64,000 nt of DNA from a virus (Duplodnaviria; Caudoviricetes): IMG/VR virus record IMGVR_UViG_3300031992_000077, positions 1 through 64,000 of that record; one strand, 5' to 3'. A program made the translations under genes and the position numbers. How positions within the stretch are numbered: the first letter of the stretch is position 1; every line of letters starts with the position of its first letter. Shown here piece after piece: positions 20,887 through 30,778 of this stretch. The notes below the pieces were generated by a model. It was not told where the DNA came from. It saw only the letters and a list, made by a program, of their open reading frames with translations, and searched no databases.

Positions 20887-22717
20887 TATAAAATCATTAT
20901 CTTTTAGAGAAGGTGTAAGAACTCGTATTCAAATGTATCTTGGTAGCGCTGATAATGAAGGTGCCTATCAAGCTTTTAAAGAAATTATAAATAATAGTAC
21001 TGACGAAGCGCTTTGCGGTTATGGTAATCAAATTGATATTTCAGTAGATGAAGAAAACAATACTATTGAAGTTCAAGACTACGGGCGTGGTGTTCCTTTT
21101 TTAGTAAAAGAAGATGGTACTAATGTTCTAGTAGATGTATACACAAAAGCCCACACCGGCGGTAAATTTGATGACCACGCATATAAAAATGTTGGAGGTC
21201 TTAATGGTGTTGGTGGAAGTTGCGTATGTTTAAGTTCTCTTGACTTTATGGTAGAGAGCTGTCGTGATGGTAAGATGGCGCGCGCTATGTTCTTTAAAGG
21301 AGAGCTAGTTAGTTATAATGAGTTTGATACTAAACATGCTAATGGTACTCTTGTTAAATTTACACCAGACCCCGAAGTTTTTAAAGATGAAAAGATTCAA
21401 TATGATTATGAGAGAATTTGTAATGATATAAAGAATATTTGTTATCTTTATAGCGGAATTACATTTAATGTATATAATCTTAAAACAGGCAAGAAAAATA
21501 CATATTCCGCGCGCAATGGTATTAAAGACTTTATCAAAGATAATTTGAGTACACCGCTTCATAAAACAATTCAATATGCTACTGCCACTGATGGTGAAGA
21601 TAAAATTGAAATTGCTTTTCAATGGGGTGCAAAGCGCGAGACTTCTTATGTATTTGTTAACGGCTTGCTATGTCCTGAAGGAGGCAGTCCCATAACGGGA
21701 GCAAAAACAGCTATTACGCGTACATTCAACTCCCTATCAAAACAAGACTTTGATGGTGATGCAATTCGTGGAAATTTATTCTATGTAATTAATTGTTCTG
21801 TTGCACATCCGTCTTTTGCAAATCAAACAAAATCAAAAATCAATAATGCTAATCTGCGTACACTTGCTTCTAATGCTTTTAGCGATGCGCTGAAGTCAAT
21901 GAAGATTAAACTTCCACAAGAGTTTGATACAATCGTAGAATTATTGAAAAAAATTGCAAAGGCAGAAGCTGCCGCAGAGAAGGCGCGCCAGCAAGTTCTT
22001 AATGCTTCAAAAGAAATTGAAAAGAATCAAAAGAAAAAAGTTTTTGCTTCTGATAAATTGAAAGATGCGGAGTTTCTTGGGCAGAACTCGACCCTTCTTA
22101 TTGTTGAAGGTAATAGTGCTATGGGTGGTATGGCTCAGGCGCGTGATTACAAGAAGTATGGTATCCTGGCAATTAGGGGTAAGATTATTAATTGCTTGTC
22201 AAATCCCGAAGAAAAGATTTTTGAGAACGAAGAAATTAAACTTCTTTTGAGTGCGATGAATATCGTGCCGGGGAAATATAATAGTTCAAAACTTCGTTAC
22301 GGCCGCCTTGCAATCTGTACCGATGCAGATAGCGATGGATACCATATTGGACTTTTAATTATGGCTGCACTTACCTATCTTGCGCCGCAGTTTATTAAAG
22401 AAGGACGCTTGTGCTGGTTGCGCTCACCACTTTATATTGTCAATAATGGTAAGCAAGAAAGCTACTATTTCGATGATACAGAATTTAATGCTGTGCGCGG
22501 CAAGATTAAAGGTGAAGTAACGCGCGCAAAAGGTCTTGGTGAATTGCCGGCTGAAACCGCGCGAGCATCTATGTTTACTGAACAGTATCAACGTATGGAA
22601 GCTATGGAATATAGTGATGAAGCGTTAGGTTTATTGTATGATTTAATGGGCGAAGACGTAAAACTAAGAAAAGAATTTATTTTTAATAATATTGATTTTT
22701 CGGAGATAACGGAGTAA
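20867..22717 (+). CDS. gyrB: Type IIA topoisomerase (gyrase) subunit B
   Basis: EIINNSTDE, DYGRGVP, HTGGKF, GGLNGVG, VEGNSA, IRGKIIN, DADSDG, KGLGE; no TAG. Confidence 0.95.
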   Translation: MSYTADDIKSLSFREGVRTRIQMYLGSADNEGAYQAFKEIINNSTDEALCGYGNQIDISVDEENNTIEVQDYGRGVPFLVKEDGTNVLVDVYTKAHTGGKFDDHAYKNVGGLNGVGGSCVCLSSLDFMVESCRDGKMARAMFFKGELVSYNEFDTKHANGTLVKFTPDPEVFKDEKIQYDYERICNDIKNICYLYSGITFNVYNLKTGKKNTYSARNGIKDFIKDNLSTPLHKTIQYATATDGEDKIEIAFQWGAKRETSYVFVNGLLCPEGGSPITGAKTAITRTFNSLSKQDFDGDAIRGNLFYVINCSVAHPSFANQTKSKINNANLRTLASNAFSDALKSMKIKLPQEFDTIVELLKKIAKAEAAAEKARQQVLNASKEIEKNQKKKVFASDKLKDAEFLGQNSTLLIVEGNSAMGGMAQARDYKKYGILAIRGKIINCLSNPEEKIFENEEIKLLLSAMNIVPGKYNSSKLRYGRLAICTDADSDGYHIGLLIMAALTYLAPQFIKEGRLCWLRSPLYIVNNGKQESYYFDDTEFNAVRGKIKGEVTRAKGLGELPAETARASMFTEQYQRMEAMEYSDEALGLLYDLMGEDVKLRKEFIFNNIDFSEITE

Positions 22718-22718
22718 T

Positions 22719-22964
22719 ATGGAATATCCTAAATGTGGTTCATATAATGATTATAATAGAATAAGCTGTAAAAAATGTGGGTATAAAAGAGAAAAGATAG
22801 TAAAACTTAATAAAGGAGATATTTTTATAATAGATGTCCATACTTTTTTAAGAGAAGAAATGTATAAAAATCCTATATTTAAAGTTTTAACAAGAGAAGA
22901 AATAATAAAAGAAAATATGTATATTCCTAATGAATATGGCTGGTTAGTAATAAAAATGGAGTAA
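22719..22964 (+). CDS. Hypothetical protein with N-terminal zinc ribbon
   Basis: YPKC...CKKC; GGAG RBS. Confidence 0.55.
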   Translation: MEYPKCGSYNDYNRISCKKCGYKREKIVKLNKGDIFIIDVHTFLREEMYKNPIFKVLTREEIIKENMYIPNEYGWLVIKME

Positions 22965-22968
22965 AATT

Positions 22969-23175
22969 ATGTTTAAAGAAGATTATGAAGATTATAATAT
23001 CCATGATATTGAAATGGAGATAGCTCGTGAACCTCTTAAAATAATAGAACCATCATATGAATATTTATTAGGTTTTTATGATGGTATTTTTTGTGAGCAA
23101 GGCCAATTTGAACTAAGTTATGATTATTTAAAAGGATTTTATGAAGGCGTGAAAGTGAGGAAAAGTAATAGATGA
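22969..23175 (+). CDS. Hypothetical protein (68 aa)
   Basis: Track ORF with GGAG RBS; two Y..GFY.G units. Confidence 0.55.
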   Translation: MFKEDYEDYNIHDIEMEIAREPLKIIEPSYEYLLGFYDGIFCEQGQFELSYDYLKGFYEGVKVRKSNR

Positions 23176-23648
23176 ATGAAGATATAGTTTATTTTTCTTT
23201 TAATAATTGGTTTAGCGGTAGAGATTATCCTATTGGAGATAAATACGAAGAATTAATAAATTCTCATAAATTTAGTAACGAAAATTGGGTTAAAGAAAAT
23301 AAACTTGTTGTAGTAACTGGCAATATTGATATGTCTGTTAATTGGTGTATTGCTGCACCAAGGAAATGGGTAGAAGAAAATTTGCCAGAACTTTTAACTA
23401 ATAAGGAATATAATTATGATATTATTACTTATTATAAAGGTAAGGAAACAGTAACCACATATACCAAAAAATATAGTGATTTTGTATACCCTGGAACTCC
23501 TTGGGAATGTAAATATGGTATGCCTTTTAAAGAATATGATGAAGAAGCAGCAGGTGTGTATTATATAGAAGAGGACGAGTGGGAATGGAATGATGATGAA
23601 GAGGACGAAGAAGAATGGAATGATGATGAAGAGGACGAAGAAGAATGA
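23172..23648 (+). CDS. Hypothetical protein with acidic tail
   Basis: 158-aa ORF with ATGA overlaps on both sides. Confidence 0.7.
   Translation: MNEDIVYFSFNNWFSGRDYPIGDKYEELINSHKFSNENWVKENKLVVVTGNIDMSVNWCIAAPRKWVEENLPELLTNKEYNYDIITYYKGKETVTTYTKKYSDFVYPGTPWECKYGMPFKEYDEEAAGVYYIEEDEWEWNDDEEDEEEWNDDEEDEEE
23583..23642 (+). repeat. Perfect 30-bp tandem duplication encoding EWNDDEEDEE twice
   Basis: gaatggaatgatgatgaagaggacgaagaa x2. Confidence 0.95.
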
Positions 23649-23818
23649 TTAAATATATCTGTGATAAATGTGGTAAAGAAATAGATAAATTTTTATTAAG
23701 AGATTGTATGATTATGTCAGTTACTGGACGTTATGCAAGATATGATAAAAGTGAAATCATATTATGCGAAAATTGTAAGGAAAATTTCAATAATTGGATA
23801 GGTGATACAGATGAGTGA
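23645..23818 (+). CDS. Small zinc-finger protein (57 aa)
   Basis: YICDKCGKEI...LCENCK. Confidence 0.65.
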   Translation: MIKYICDKCGKEIDKFLLRDCMIMSVTGRYARYDKSEIILCENCKENFNNWIGDTDE

Positions 23819-26165
23819 ATTAAAACCAGTAATTGAACAATCTTTCGCGCAATATGCTGGCATGGTAATTCAATCCCGTGCGCTTGTTGACGCGCGCGAT
23901 GGGCTCAAACCTTCTGCACGCCAAATCTTCTATTCAATGCTCCTTCATAAACTCACTCATAATAATCCCTATAAGAAAACTGCTAATGCTGTTGGTATGG
24001 CCATGGCAGATTTCTATATTCATGGCGATTCGAGCTGTGAAGGAATTATTATGCGCGCCGGTCAGAACTTTGCTATGCGTTATCCGCTCGTAGATGTAAA
24101 AGGTAACTCTGGCTCTCTTATTGAAAGTGGTAACTGGGCCGCTATGCGTTATACGGAGAGCCGTTTGTCTGCGCTTTCTAATATTCTCTTTACAGATATT
24201 GATAAAGATACCGTAACGGAATGGCGCGACAGCTACGATAATACAAAACAATACCCAGCGGTTCTTCCGTCAAAAGGTTTTTATAATCTTTGTAATGGTA
24301 CAAGTGGTATCGCAGTAGGTCTTGCAAGTTCTATTCCGCAGTTTAATTTAAAGGAACTTAATAATGCGCTTATTAATCTTATTCAAAATCCAGATTGTGA
24401 TTTTGATGATATTTACTGCGCGCCTGACTTTGCTACTGGCGCGGTTCTACTTAATGCAGATGAAGTAAAAGAGAGTTTACGTGCTGGTAACGGGCCGGCT
24501 TGTAAATTGAGAAGTGTTGTTGAATTTGATACGGCTGAAAGATGTTTTGTAGTAAAAGAAATTCCTTATTCTGTTTATACAAATACTATTTGTAAACAGC
24601 TTGAAGAACTCATAGAATCAGAAGAGAACCCTGGAATTGAACGTTTTAATGACTTAACTGGCGCGACGCCTTTGATTAAGATTTACCTTGCAAAAAAAGC
24701 AAATCCAGATAAGGTATTAAAGTATTTGTATAAAAATACTTCACTCCAGTATTACTATGGCATTAATCTTACTATGCTTGATGGTGGTAAATATCCTAAA
24801 GTATTTACATGGCGCGAAGCTCTTCAAGCGCATATTGACCACGAAAAAGTTGTATATCGTCGTGGCTTTGAACATGATTTGAATAAGATGAAGTTTCGTG
24901 TTCATATTATTGAAGGGCTCTTGATTTGTATCGCGCGCATTGAAAAGGTCATTCAGACAATTAAATCTTCGAGTTCTACCGCAGAAGCAAGCGCGCGCCT
25001 TCAAAAAGAATATCTTCTTGATGCCGACCAAGCAAAGGCAGTCCTAGACTTAAAACTTAGCCGATTAGCGCACCTTGAAGTAACTAAGCTGAACGGCGAA
25101 AAAAATGACCTACTCGAAAAAATTGGTGCAATCGAACAAATTTTAAATGATGAAATCCTATTTAATAATGAGCTTATTAAGGGTTGGAAGGAAGTTGCCG
25201 CAAAATATGGCGACGCGCGCCGTACACACATATTAAATATCTCGAAAGAAGATGAAGAGGAACCGACTGAGGTTCGTAATCTAATTCTTAACTTTACAAA
25301 TAAGGGCGGAATTTATGTAACTGAAAGCTCTTCTCTCTATACACAGCGTCGAGGCGGAGTTGGAAGTAAGTTTAAAATGGAGAAAGGAGAATATATTGTT
25401 GGTACTGAAACCGGTGATAATACCGATATAGTTCTATTATTCTCCGATAAAGGAAATTTCTTCCAAATTAAAATGAGTGAATTTCCAGTAAATGAAAAAA
25501 CTTACATAACTCAATTTATTACTATGACGGCGACAGAATCTATTTGTAACGCCGCAGTTTATGCGAAGAATGAAAATAAGAATATTTATTTTATTACAAA
25601 GAATGGTTTACTTAAAAAATCTCTCTTATCTGAATACTACCTTAAACGTGGTAATAGCGCCCGCGCCATAAATCTTGACAGTGATGATGAAATAGTAAGT
25701 GTATTCTTTGGAAATGATAACCTTGATTGTGGTATTCTTAGTAGCGATGGAAACTTTATCATGTTTAAAACTGATGATGTAAAGCCTATTGGTCGTATAG
25801 CACGCGGTGTAAAAGCTATTAAACTTAATGACGGAGCTTTCGTACAAGATGCTCGAATGATACCAAAGGATACTAAAACTATTATCTCTGTAACAAAGAA
25901 AGGTCTAACGAAACAAACAAATATAGATGAATTTTCTTATACAAATAAAAATACAAAAGGTTCTAAAATCCAAGGTTTAACAACAGATGATATGGTAGTT
26001 TCTTTTGATGCACTTAGCGCGGAGACTGAAATTATTGTTACATCTACTACATCACAGATACGAGTCGCAGCGGCGGAAATCCCAATGCTTTCTCGTTCAG
26101 CGCAAGGAGTTCATGTAATAAAACTTAAACCGTTGGAACAAGTAATTCAGATAGAAAAAATTTAA
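23811..26165 (+). CDS. gyrA: DNA gyrase subunit A
   Basis: RDGLKPSARQI, HGDSS, AAMRYTE (catalytic Tyr), GyrA-box-like QRRGGVG and beta-pinwheel repeats; no TAG. Confidence 0.95.
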   Translation: MSELKPVIEQSFAQYAGMVIQSRALVDARDGLKPSARQIFYSMLLHKLTHNNPYKKTANAVGMAMADFYIHGDSSCEGIIMRAGQNFAMRYPLVDVKGNSGSLIESGNWAAMRYTESRLSALSNILFTDIDKDTVTEWRDSYDNTKQYPAVLPSKGFYNLCNGTSGIAVGLASSIPQFNLKELNNALINLIQNPDCDFDDIYCAPDFATGAVLLNADEVKESLRAGNGPACKLRSVVEFDTAERCFVVKEIPYSVYTNTICKQLEELIESEENPGIERFNDLTGATPLIKIYLAKKANPDKVLKYLYKNTSLQYYYGINLTMLDGGKYPKVFTWREALQAHIDHEKVVYRRGFEHDLNKMKFRVHIIEGLLICIARIEKVIQTIKSSSSTAEASARLQKEYLLDADQAKAVLDLKLSRLAHLEVTKLNGEKNDLLEKIGAIEQILNDEILFNNELIKGWKEVAAKYGDARRTHILNISKEDEEEPTEVRNLILNFTNKGGIYVTESSSLYTQRRGGVGSKFKMEKGEYIVGTETGDNTDIVLLFSDKGNFFQIKMSEFPVNEKTYITQFITMTATESICNAAVYAKNENKNIYFITKNGLLKKSLLSEYYLKRGNSARAINLDSDDEIVSVFFGNDNLDCGILSSDGNFIMFKTDDVKPIGRIARGVKAIKLNDGAFVQDARMIPKDTKTIISVTKKGLTKQTNIDEFSYTNKNTKGSKIQGLTTDDMVVSFDALSAETEIIVTSTTSQIRVAAAEIPMLSRSAQGVHVIKLKPLEQVIQIEKI

Positions 26166-26182
26166 TGTATAATAATTAAAAT

Positions 26183-26211
26183 TTGAATTTTTATAAAAAT
26201 TCTGATATAAT
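26183..26211 (+). promoter_or_regulatory. sigmaA-type promoter
   Basis: TTGAAT-17 nt-TATAAT preceded by TGA. Confidence 0.75.
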
Positions 26212-26280
26212 ATATATAGAAAGTTGAGAGAGGAAATCTCAATTTGATAGAAAAATAAAAATATAAGGAGAAAAAAAGTT

Positions 26281-26547
26281 ATGAAGTTGACAGAAAAGCA
26301 GGCAATGGTATTCAATTATGTTAAGGAGAACGGTGGTCGTGTTGCGATGGAGGAGCTTTGTGCTGCTCTGGGTAGTGATGCTAAGCACTTGAATCCCGTT
26401 GTTACTGGTCTCGGTGTTAAGGGCGAGCGCGCTAAGGGTCTGTTGGATTATGAGAAGATTCCTGTGGAAGGTTCTGATAAGCCGGCAAAGTACGTGTTCC
26501 TGACCGAAGCTGGTAAGACTTTCGTTCCTAGTGATGACGAAGAGTAA
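26281..26547 (+). CDS. Small winged-helix-like DNA-binding protein
   Basis: LTEKQAMVFNYVKE...LNPVVTGL...YVFLTEAG pattern; strong RBS; more GC-rich codons than neighbours. Confidence 0.6.
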   Translation: MKLTEKQAMVFNYVKENGGRVAMEELCAALGSDAKHLNPVVTGLGVKGERAKGLLDYEKIPVEGSDKPAKYVFLTEAGKTFVPSDDEE

Positions 26548-26659
26548 GTAATTAATTCCATAGATATATAATATGGAATAGGAGCTAATCCTATTCTATA
26601 TTCATATATAAGGACCAGTAGAATAAAAATAAAATAAGATAAAAAATGGAGAGAATTAA

Positions 26660-27595
26660 ATGAGACAAGCAGAAAATAATGTACATATTGAAGGTATTTT
26701 ATCGCAGATTGAATTGGAGAATGGTTCTTATATAAAAGACGGCAGAACTATTGAAACAGTTCGTGGCCGTATTTATGTTCGAGTTGATCAGACTATTAAT
26801 GGTAAGCCCGTAACTAGTGAGATTCCTATTGAGCTGTTTTCACCTAAGCTTACAAAAGGCGGTTCACCTAATCCTTCTTATGAATCTATTATGAAGATTA
26901 AGAATGATATGAAATCTATCGCTTCCGCTGGTAGTATCGATGGCGCGGATTGTGTAAGAATTAATGGGGCACGTATTCAGATGAATGAATATTTCGACCA
27001 AGCACAGCGGTTCGTTTCATTCCCTCGTATCTCTGCGTCTTTTGTTAGTAAAATCGGTAAAGAAGCTATGGAGCCAAAGGCTACTTTTAATGTAGAAATG
27101 GTAATTGGCAGCCAGGGTTATGTTGAAAATGCGGAAGGCGAACAGGTAGTAGATGCAGACGGTAATCCTCAGTATGAGATTATTGGCCTTGTTCCTATGT
27201 ATGGGGATAAGATTGATAAAATTCGTTTTGTTTGCGCTAATGAAAACGTAATTAATTCTGTTAAGGATTATTGGGAAGATGGCGCGACTGTGAAAGCTAG
27301 TGGTCGTCTTAACTTTACTTCTATTACTGAAACAGTTACTACTGAACAGGGATTTGGAGAAAATATTGAATCTCATAGAACAAAGAGCATTAGAGACATT
27401 GTTATTACTGGTGGTCTTCCTACTCCTCTTGAAGGAGAAATGGCTTATACGGCAGGAGAAATTCAAAATGCACTGGCCGAGCGTCAGGCTCGTCTTGAAC
27501 AATTAAAAGCTAAAAGCGCGACTGCTACTCCGAAGACTCGTCCAGCTCCAGCACCTATTAGCGGTGGAAGAAAGGCACTTGATCTCGGATTTTAA
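26660..27595 (+). CDS. Putative single-stranded DNA-binding protein (tandem OB-fold-like)
   Basis: NNVHIEGIL...VKASGRLNF strands, flexible tail ending DLGF; located beside the annealing protein and helicase; no TAG. Confidence 0.6.
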   Translation: MRQAENNVHIEGILSQIELENGSYIKDGRTIETVRGRIYVRVDQTINGKPVTSEIPIELFSPKLTKGGSPNPSYESIMKIKNDMKSIASAGSIDGADCVRINGARIQMNEYFDQAQRFVSFPRISASFVSKIGKEAMEPKATFNVEMVIGSQGYVENAEGEQVVDADGNPQYEIIGLVPMYGDKIDKIRFVCANENVINSVKDYWEDGATVKASGRLNFTSITETVTTEQGFGENIESHRTKSIRDIVITGGLPTPLEGEMAYTAGEIQNALAERQARLEQLKAKSATATPKTRPAPAPISGGRKALDLGF

Positions 27596-27608
27596 GAGGT
27601 AATGCAGT

Positions 27609-28577
27609 ATGGCCATTGATATTTTAAATATTGAGCCAACTGTAATTAGTAGAGATTTAAAAGGGAAGTATGTGTTACTTTATGGTAAGCCAAAGAGTGG
27701 GAAGACTACAGCTGCCTGCTCTTTCCCTAATTCTCTTTTAATTGCTTTTGAGAAAGGCTATAATGCCATTGGTGGTATTAGGGCGGCAGATGTAACCCGT
27801 TGGAGTGATTTTAAGACAATTTTGCGCCAGCTTGAAAAACCCGAAGCGCGCCAAATGTATGAAACTATTATTATTGATACTATCTCTATTGCTTGGGATT
27901 ATTGTGAATAGTTTATTTGCGCGCAAAATGGCGTATAGAAAATTGCTGATATCGCCTGGGGTGGCGGATATAGCGCTTGTAAGAAAGAGTTTGAATCTAG
28001 TTTGCGTAAGATTACATTACTAGGTTATGGACTTGTTCTGATTTGCCATAGTGGTTCACGCATTGAGAAAACTGCGGAAGGTAATGAGATGGAGATTATA
28101 TTCCCCGATATGCCAAAGCGCGCGGCCGAAATTTGTAATGGTCTTGTTGACGTTATTGGTTATATTGGCGGAGAGTATAATACTGAAGGGGATTTTGAGA
28201 GGTATTTATATACTAGAGAAACCCCTAGTCTATTCGCCGGCAGTCGATTTAAATATCTCGCGCCAAAGATTAAGTTTGGATATACCGAGTTAGTTAATGC
28301 TATTGCAGATGCTATTGAAATGGCAGAAAAGATTGACGGTGTAAAAGTAGTAGATAAAGCAGAAGTTAAAGTCGAAGAGAAACTTGATTTTACAACAGTA
28401 AGAGCTGAAGCCGCAGATTTGTGGGCGAAATTAGTAGAACAAAATGAGGAAAATGCTAATATTATCTTAAAGAAAATTGAGATAATTATGGGTCATAAGA
28501 TGAGACTTTCAGAATTTACAGAAGATTAGGTAGATCTGTTGAACCTTGCCGTGAACGAAATGCGAGATATGCTTTAA
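27609..28577 (+). CDS. AAA_24/Sak4-like recombination ATPase, 322 aa, 3 TAG
   Basis: LLYGKPKSGKTT, IIIDTIS, WGGGY, LVLICH, VDVIGY, AGSRF; two track fragments in one frame. Confidence 0.8.
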
Positions 28578-28596
28578 AATTTAATATAAATATAGT

Positions 28597-28660
28597 ATAG
28601 AGCAGGCTAGAAATGGTCTGCTCTATTAAATTTGACTTTTTTTTAATTCTATGGTATAAT
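28597..28660 (+). promoter_or_regulatory. Terminator-like hairpin followed directly by a sigmaA promoter
   Basis: ATAGAGCAG/CTGCTCTAT stem (28597-28626); TTGACT 28632, 17 nt, TGG-TATAAT 28655. Confidence 0.75.
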
Positions 28661-28689
28661 ATATATAGGAAGAGAATAGGAGAAAAATT

Positions 28690-29226
28690 ATGCCAATTTG
28701 TAGAGTCTGTAAGCAAGAAATAGATAAAGAATTAGATGATTGGGTAATGCCGTCGCGCAATTGGTATTATCATAAAATATGTTATGAAAATTTTAAAAAA
28801 GAAAAAGAAGTTAAATCTGATGAAGATTATATTGATTTAATATTTGATTACATCGCGCGCGACCTAAAAGTTTCTTATGATTACCATAAAATAAAAGCAT
28901 AGATAAAAAATTTTGTAAAAAATGGAATGACGTGTAAAGGAATATTGTTTACTTTAAAATATTATTATGATAAGTACAGTAAAGAAAATTGGGATAAAGG
29001 ATATGGCGGAATTGGTATAGTACCATATTTTTATAAAGAAGCAACAGAATACTGGACAAATATCGAGCTTAGAAAACGCGGTAGTTGTGAACTTATAGTA
29101 CAACAAATTAAAAGTTTAAAAGAAATAGAAGAAAAAGAAATTAAATATAATCCTATTCAAAAGAAAAAGAAAAAAGAAGAAATAGATTTTTCTGAAATAT
29201 TAAAGGAGGACGAACTTGATAGTTGA
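28690..29226 (+). CDS. Zn-binding replication-associated protein upstream of the helicase, 178 aa, 1 TAG
   Basis: CRVC...HKIC; track fragments 28690 and 28927 join through TAG 28900. Confidence 0.65.
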
Positions 29227-30778
29227 TAAAAACTGTATCCAACAAGTGTTGGGTGGAATAATTAAAAAACCAAGTATTTTAGTCGAAACAGAAAAATATA
29301 GCTTATCAATTCAAGATTTTAGTTCTACTTTTGAAAAAGTCATCTTTCAAGCAATTAAAGGATTATACGAGAACGGCGCGAAATCAATAAATATAATAGA
29401 TATAGAAAATGCTCTTGACAATAACGCCGGTGCGAAAAAAATATATGAAACTAATAATGGAATTGAATATCTTCAGGATATAGATAGCTTTGTAGATATA
29501 GATAACTTTGATTATTATTATAATAAATTAAAAAAGATTAATTTACTTCGAGATTTTCAAAGGCAAGGAATTAATATTTCTCAATTCTATATTGAAGATT
29601 TAACAAATGAAAAAGCGTATGAAGTAAATAGTAAATTTGAAAGTTTATCTATTCAAGATATCATAGATGGTATTAAAAAGAAAATACTGGGTCTTGAAAA
29701 TAGTTATATTAAAAATGATGTAACAGAAACAAGGAATGTTTTTGAAGGACTAGAAGATTTACTTAGTAATATAAAAGAAGGTAACTCTGGTATTGGTATG
29801 CCGCTACAAGGCGCGATATATAATACGGTTGTAAGCGGCGCACGTCGTGGCGCGCTGTATATTCGAAGCGGCGGAAGTGGTGTATCTAAAACTCGACAGG
29901 CAGTAGGTGATGCATGTTATCTTGCTTTTCCATTTAGATATAACTTTACAGAATGTGAGTGGGAACAAGCAGGTAATAGTGAGAAAGTATTATTTATTGC
30001 AACTGAGCAAGATTTTAGTGAAATTCAGAAAATGATTTTAGCCTATGTTAGTGGAATTAATGAAGATAGATTTAAATATGGAAATTTTACAACCTTAGAA
30101 AAGCAAGTAATAGAAAAAGCAGTAACAATCATTGAGAAATATAAAGATAATTTTCATATTGTACGAATGCCGAATCCAACGATTGGACTAGTTAAAAATA
30201 TTATAAGAGAAAATTGTTTAATTTATGATATTGGATATGTATTTTATGATTATATTTTTATTGGTCCTTCATTACTTGGAGAATTTAAAGGTTTTAATTT
30301 AAGAAATGATGAAGTATTGTTGATGTTTGCAACGGCGCTGAAAGATTTGGCGGTTGAGCAGAACGTATGCGTAATGACATCAACGCAGTTAAATGCAAAA
30401 GGTGACGATAATCAAAATATAAGAAATGAAGGTAGTTTGGCCGGCGGTCGTGCGACAATAAATAAAGCAGATATTGGCGCGATTATGGCGCGGCCAACAA
30501 AAGAAGAATTAGAAGTATTAGCGGATGTAATTAGTAATTTTAGTAATAGTCCAAATATAGTAACTGATATTTATAAAGTTAGAAGTGGTGTGTATACTCA
30601 AACTCGAATTTGGTCTTATGTAGATTTGGGTACGTTACGCAAACAGGATTTATTTATAACTAATAATCGTCTAGAACCTATTGAATTTAATTTTACTGGA
30701 ATAGAGAGAATGAAAAATTGGGAAGACGATGATTGGGAAGAAATAAGAAAGTTAAATAGGGAATTAAATGGATTATAA
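29216..30778 (+). CDS. dnaB: DnaB-like replicative helicase
   Basis: GGSGVSKT Walker A, LFIATEQ, VFYDYI, TSTQLN, YKVRSG; no TAG. Confidence 0.85.
   Translation: MIVDKNCIQQVLGGIIKKPSILVETEKYSLSIQDFSSTFEKVIFQAIKGLYENGAKSINIIDIENALDNNAGAKKIYETNNGIEYLQDIDSFVDIDNFDYYYNKLKKINLLRDFQRQGINISQFYIEDLTNEKAYEVNSKFESLSIQDIIDGIKKKILGLENSYIKNDVTETRNVFEGLEDLLSNIKEGNSGIGMPLQGAIYNTVVSGARRGALYIRSGGSGVSKTRQAVGDACYLAFPFRYNFTECEWEQAGNSEKVLFIATEQDFSEIQKMILAYVSGINEDRFKYGNFTTLEKQVIEKAVTIIEKYKDNFHIVRMPNPTIGLVKNIIRENCLIYDIGYVFYDYIFIGPSLLGEFKGFNLRNDEVLLMFATALKDLAVEQNVCVMTSTQLNAKGDDNQNIRNEGSLAGGRATINKADIGAIMARPTKEELEVLADVISNFSNSPNIVTDIYKVRSGVYTQTRIWSYVDLGTLRKQDLFITNNRLEPIEFNFTGIERMKNWEDDDWEEIRKLNRELNGL

Noticed and set aside
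26548-26659. AT-rich region with two short hairpins as a replication origin
   Set aside because: There are no iterons or DnaA boxes; a terminator after the small DNA-binding gene explains it adequately.
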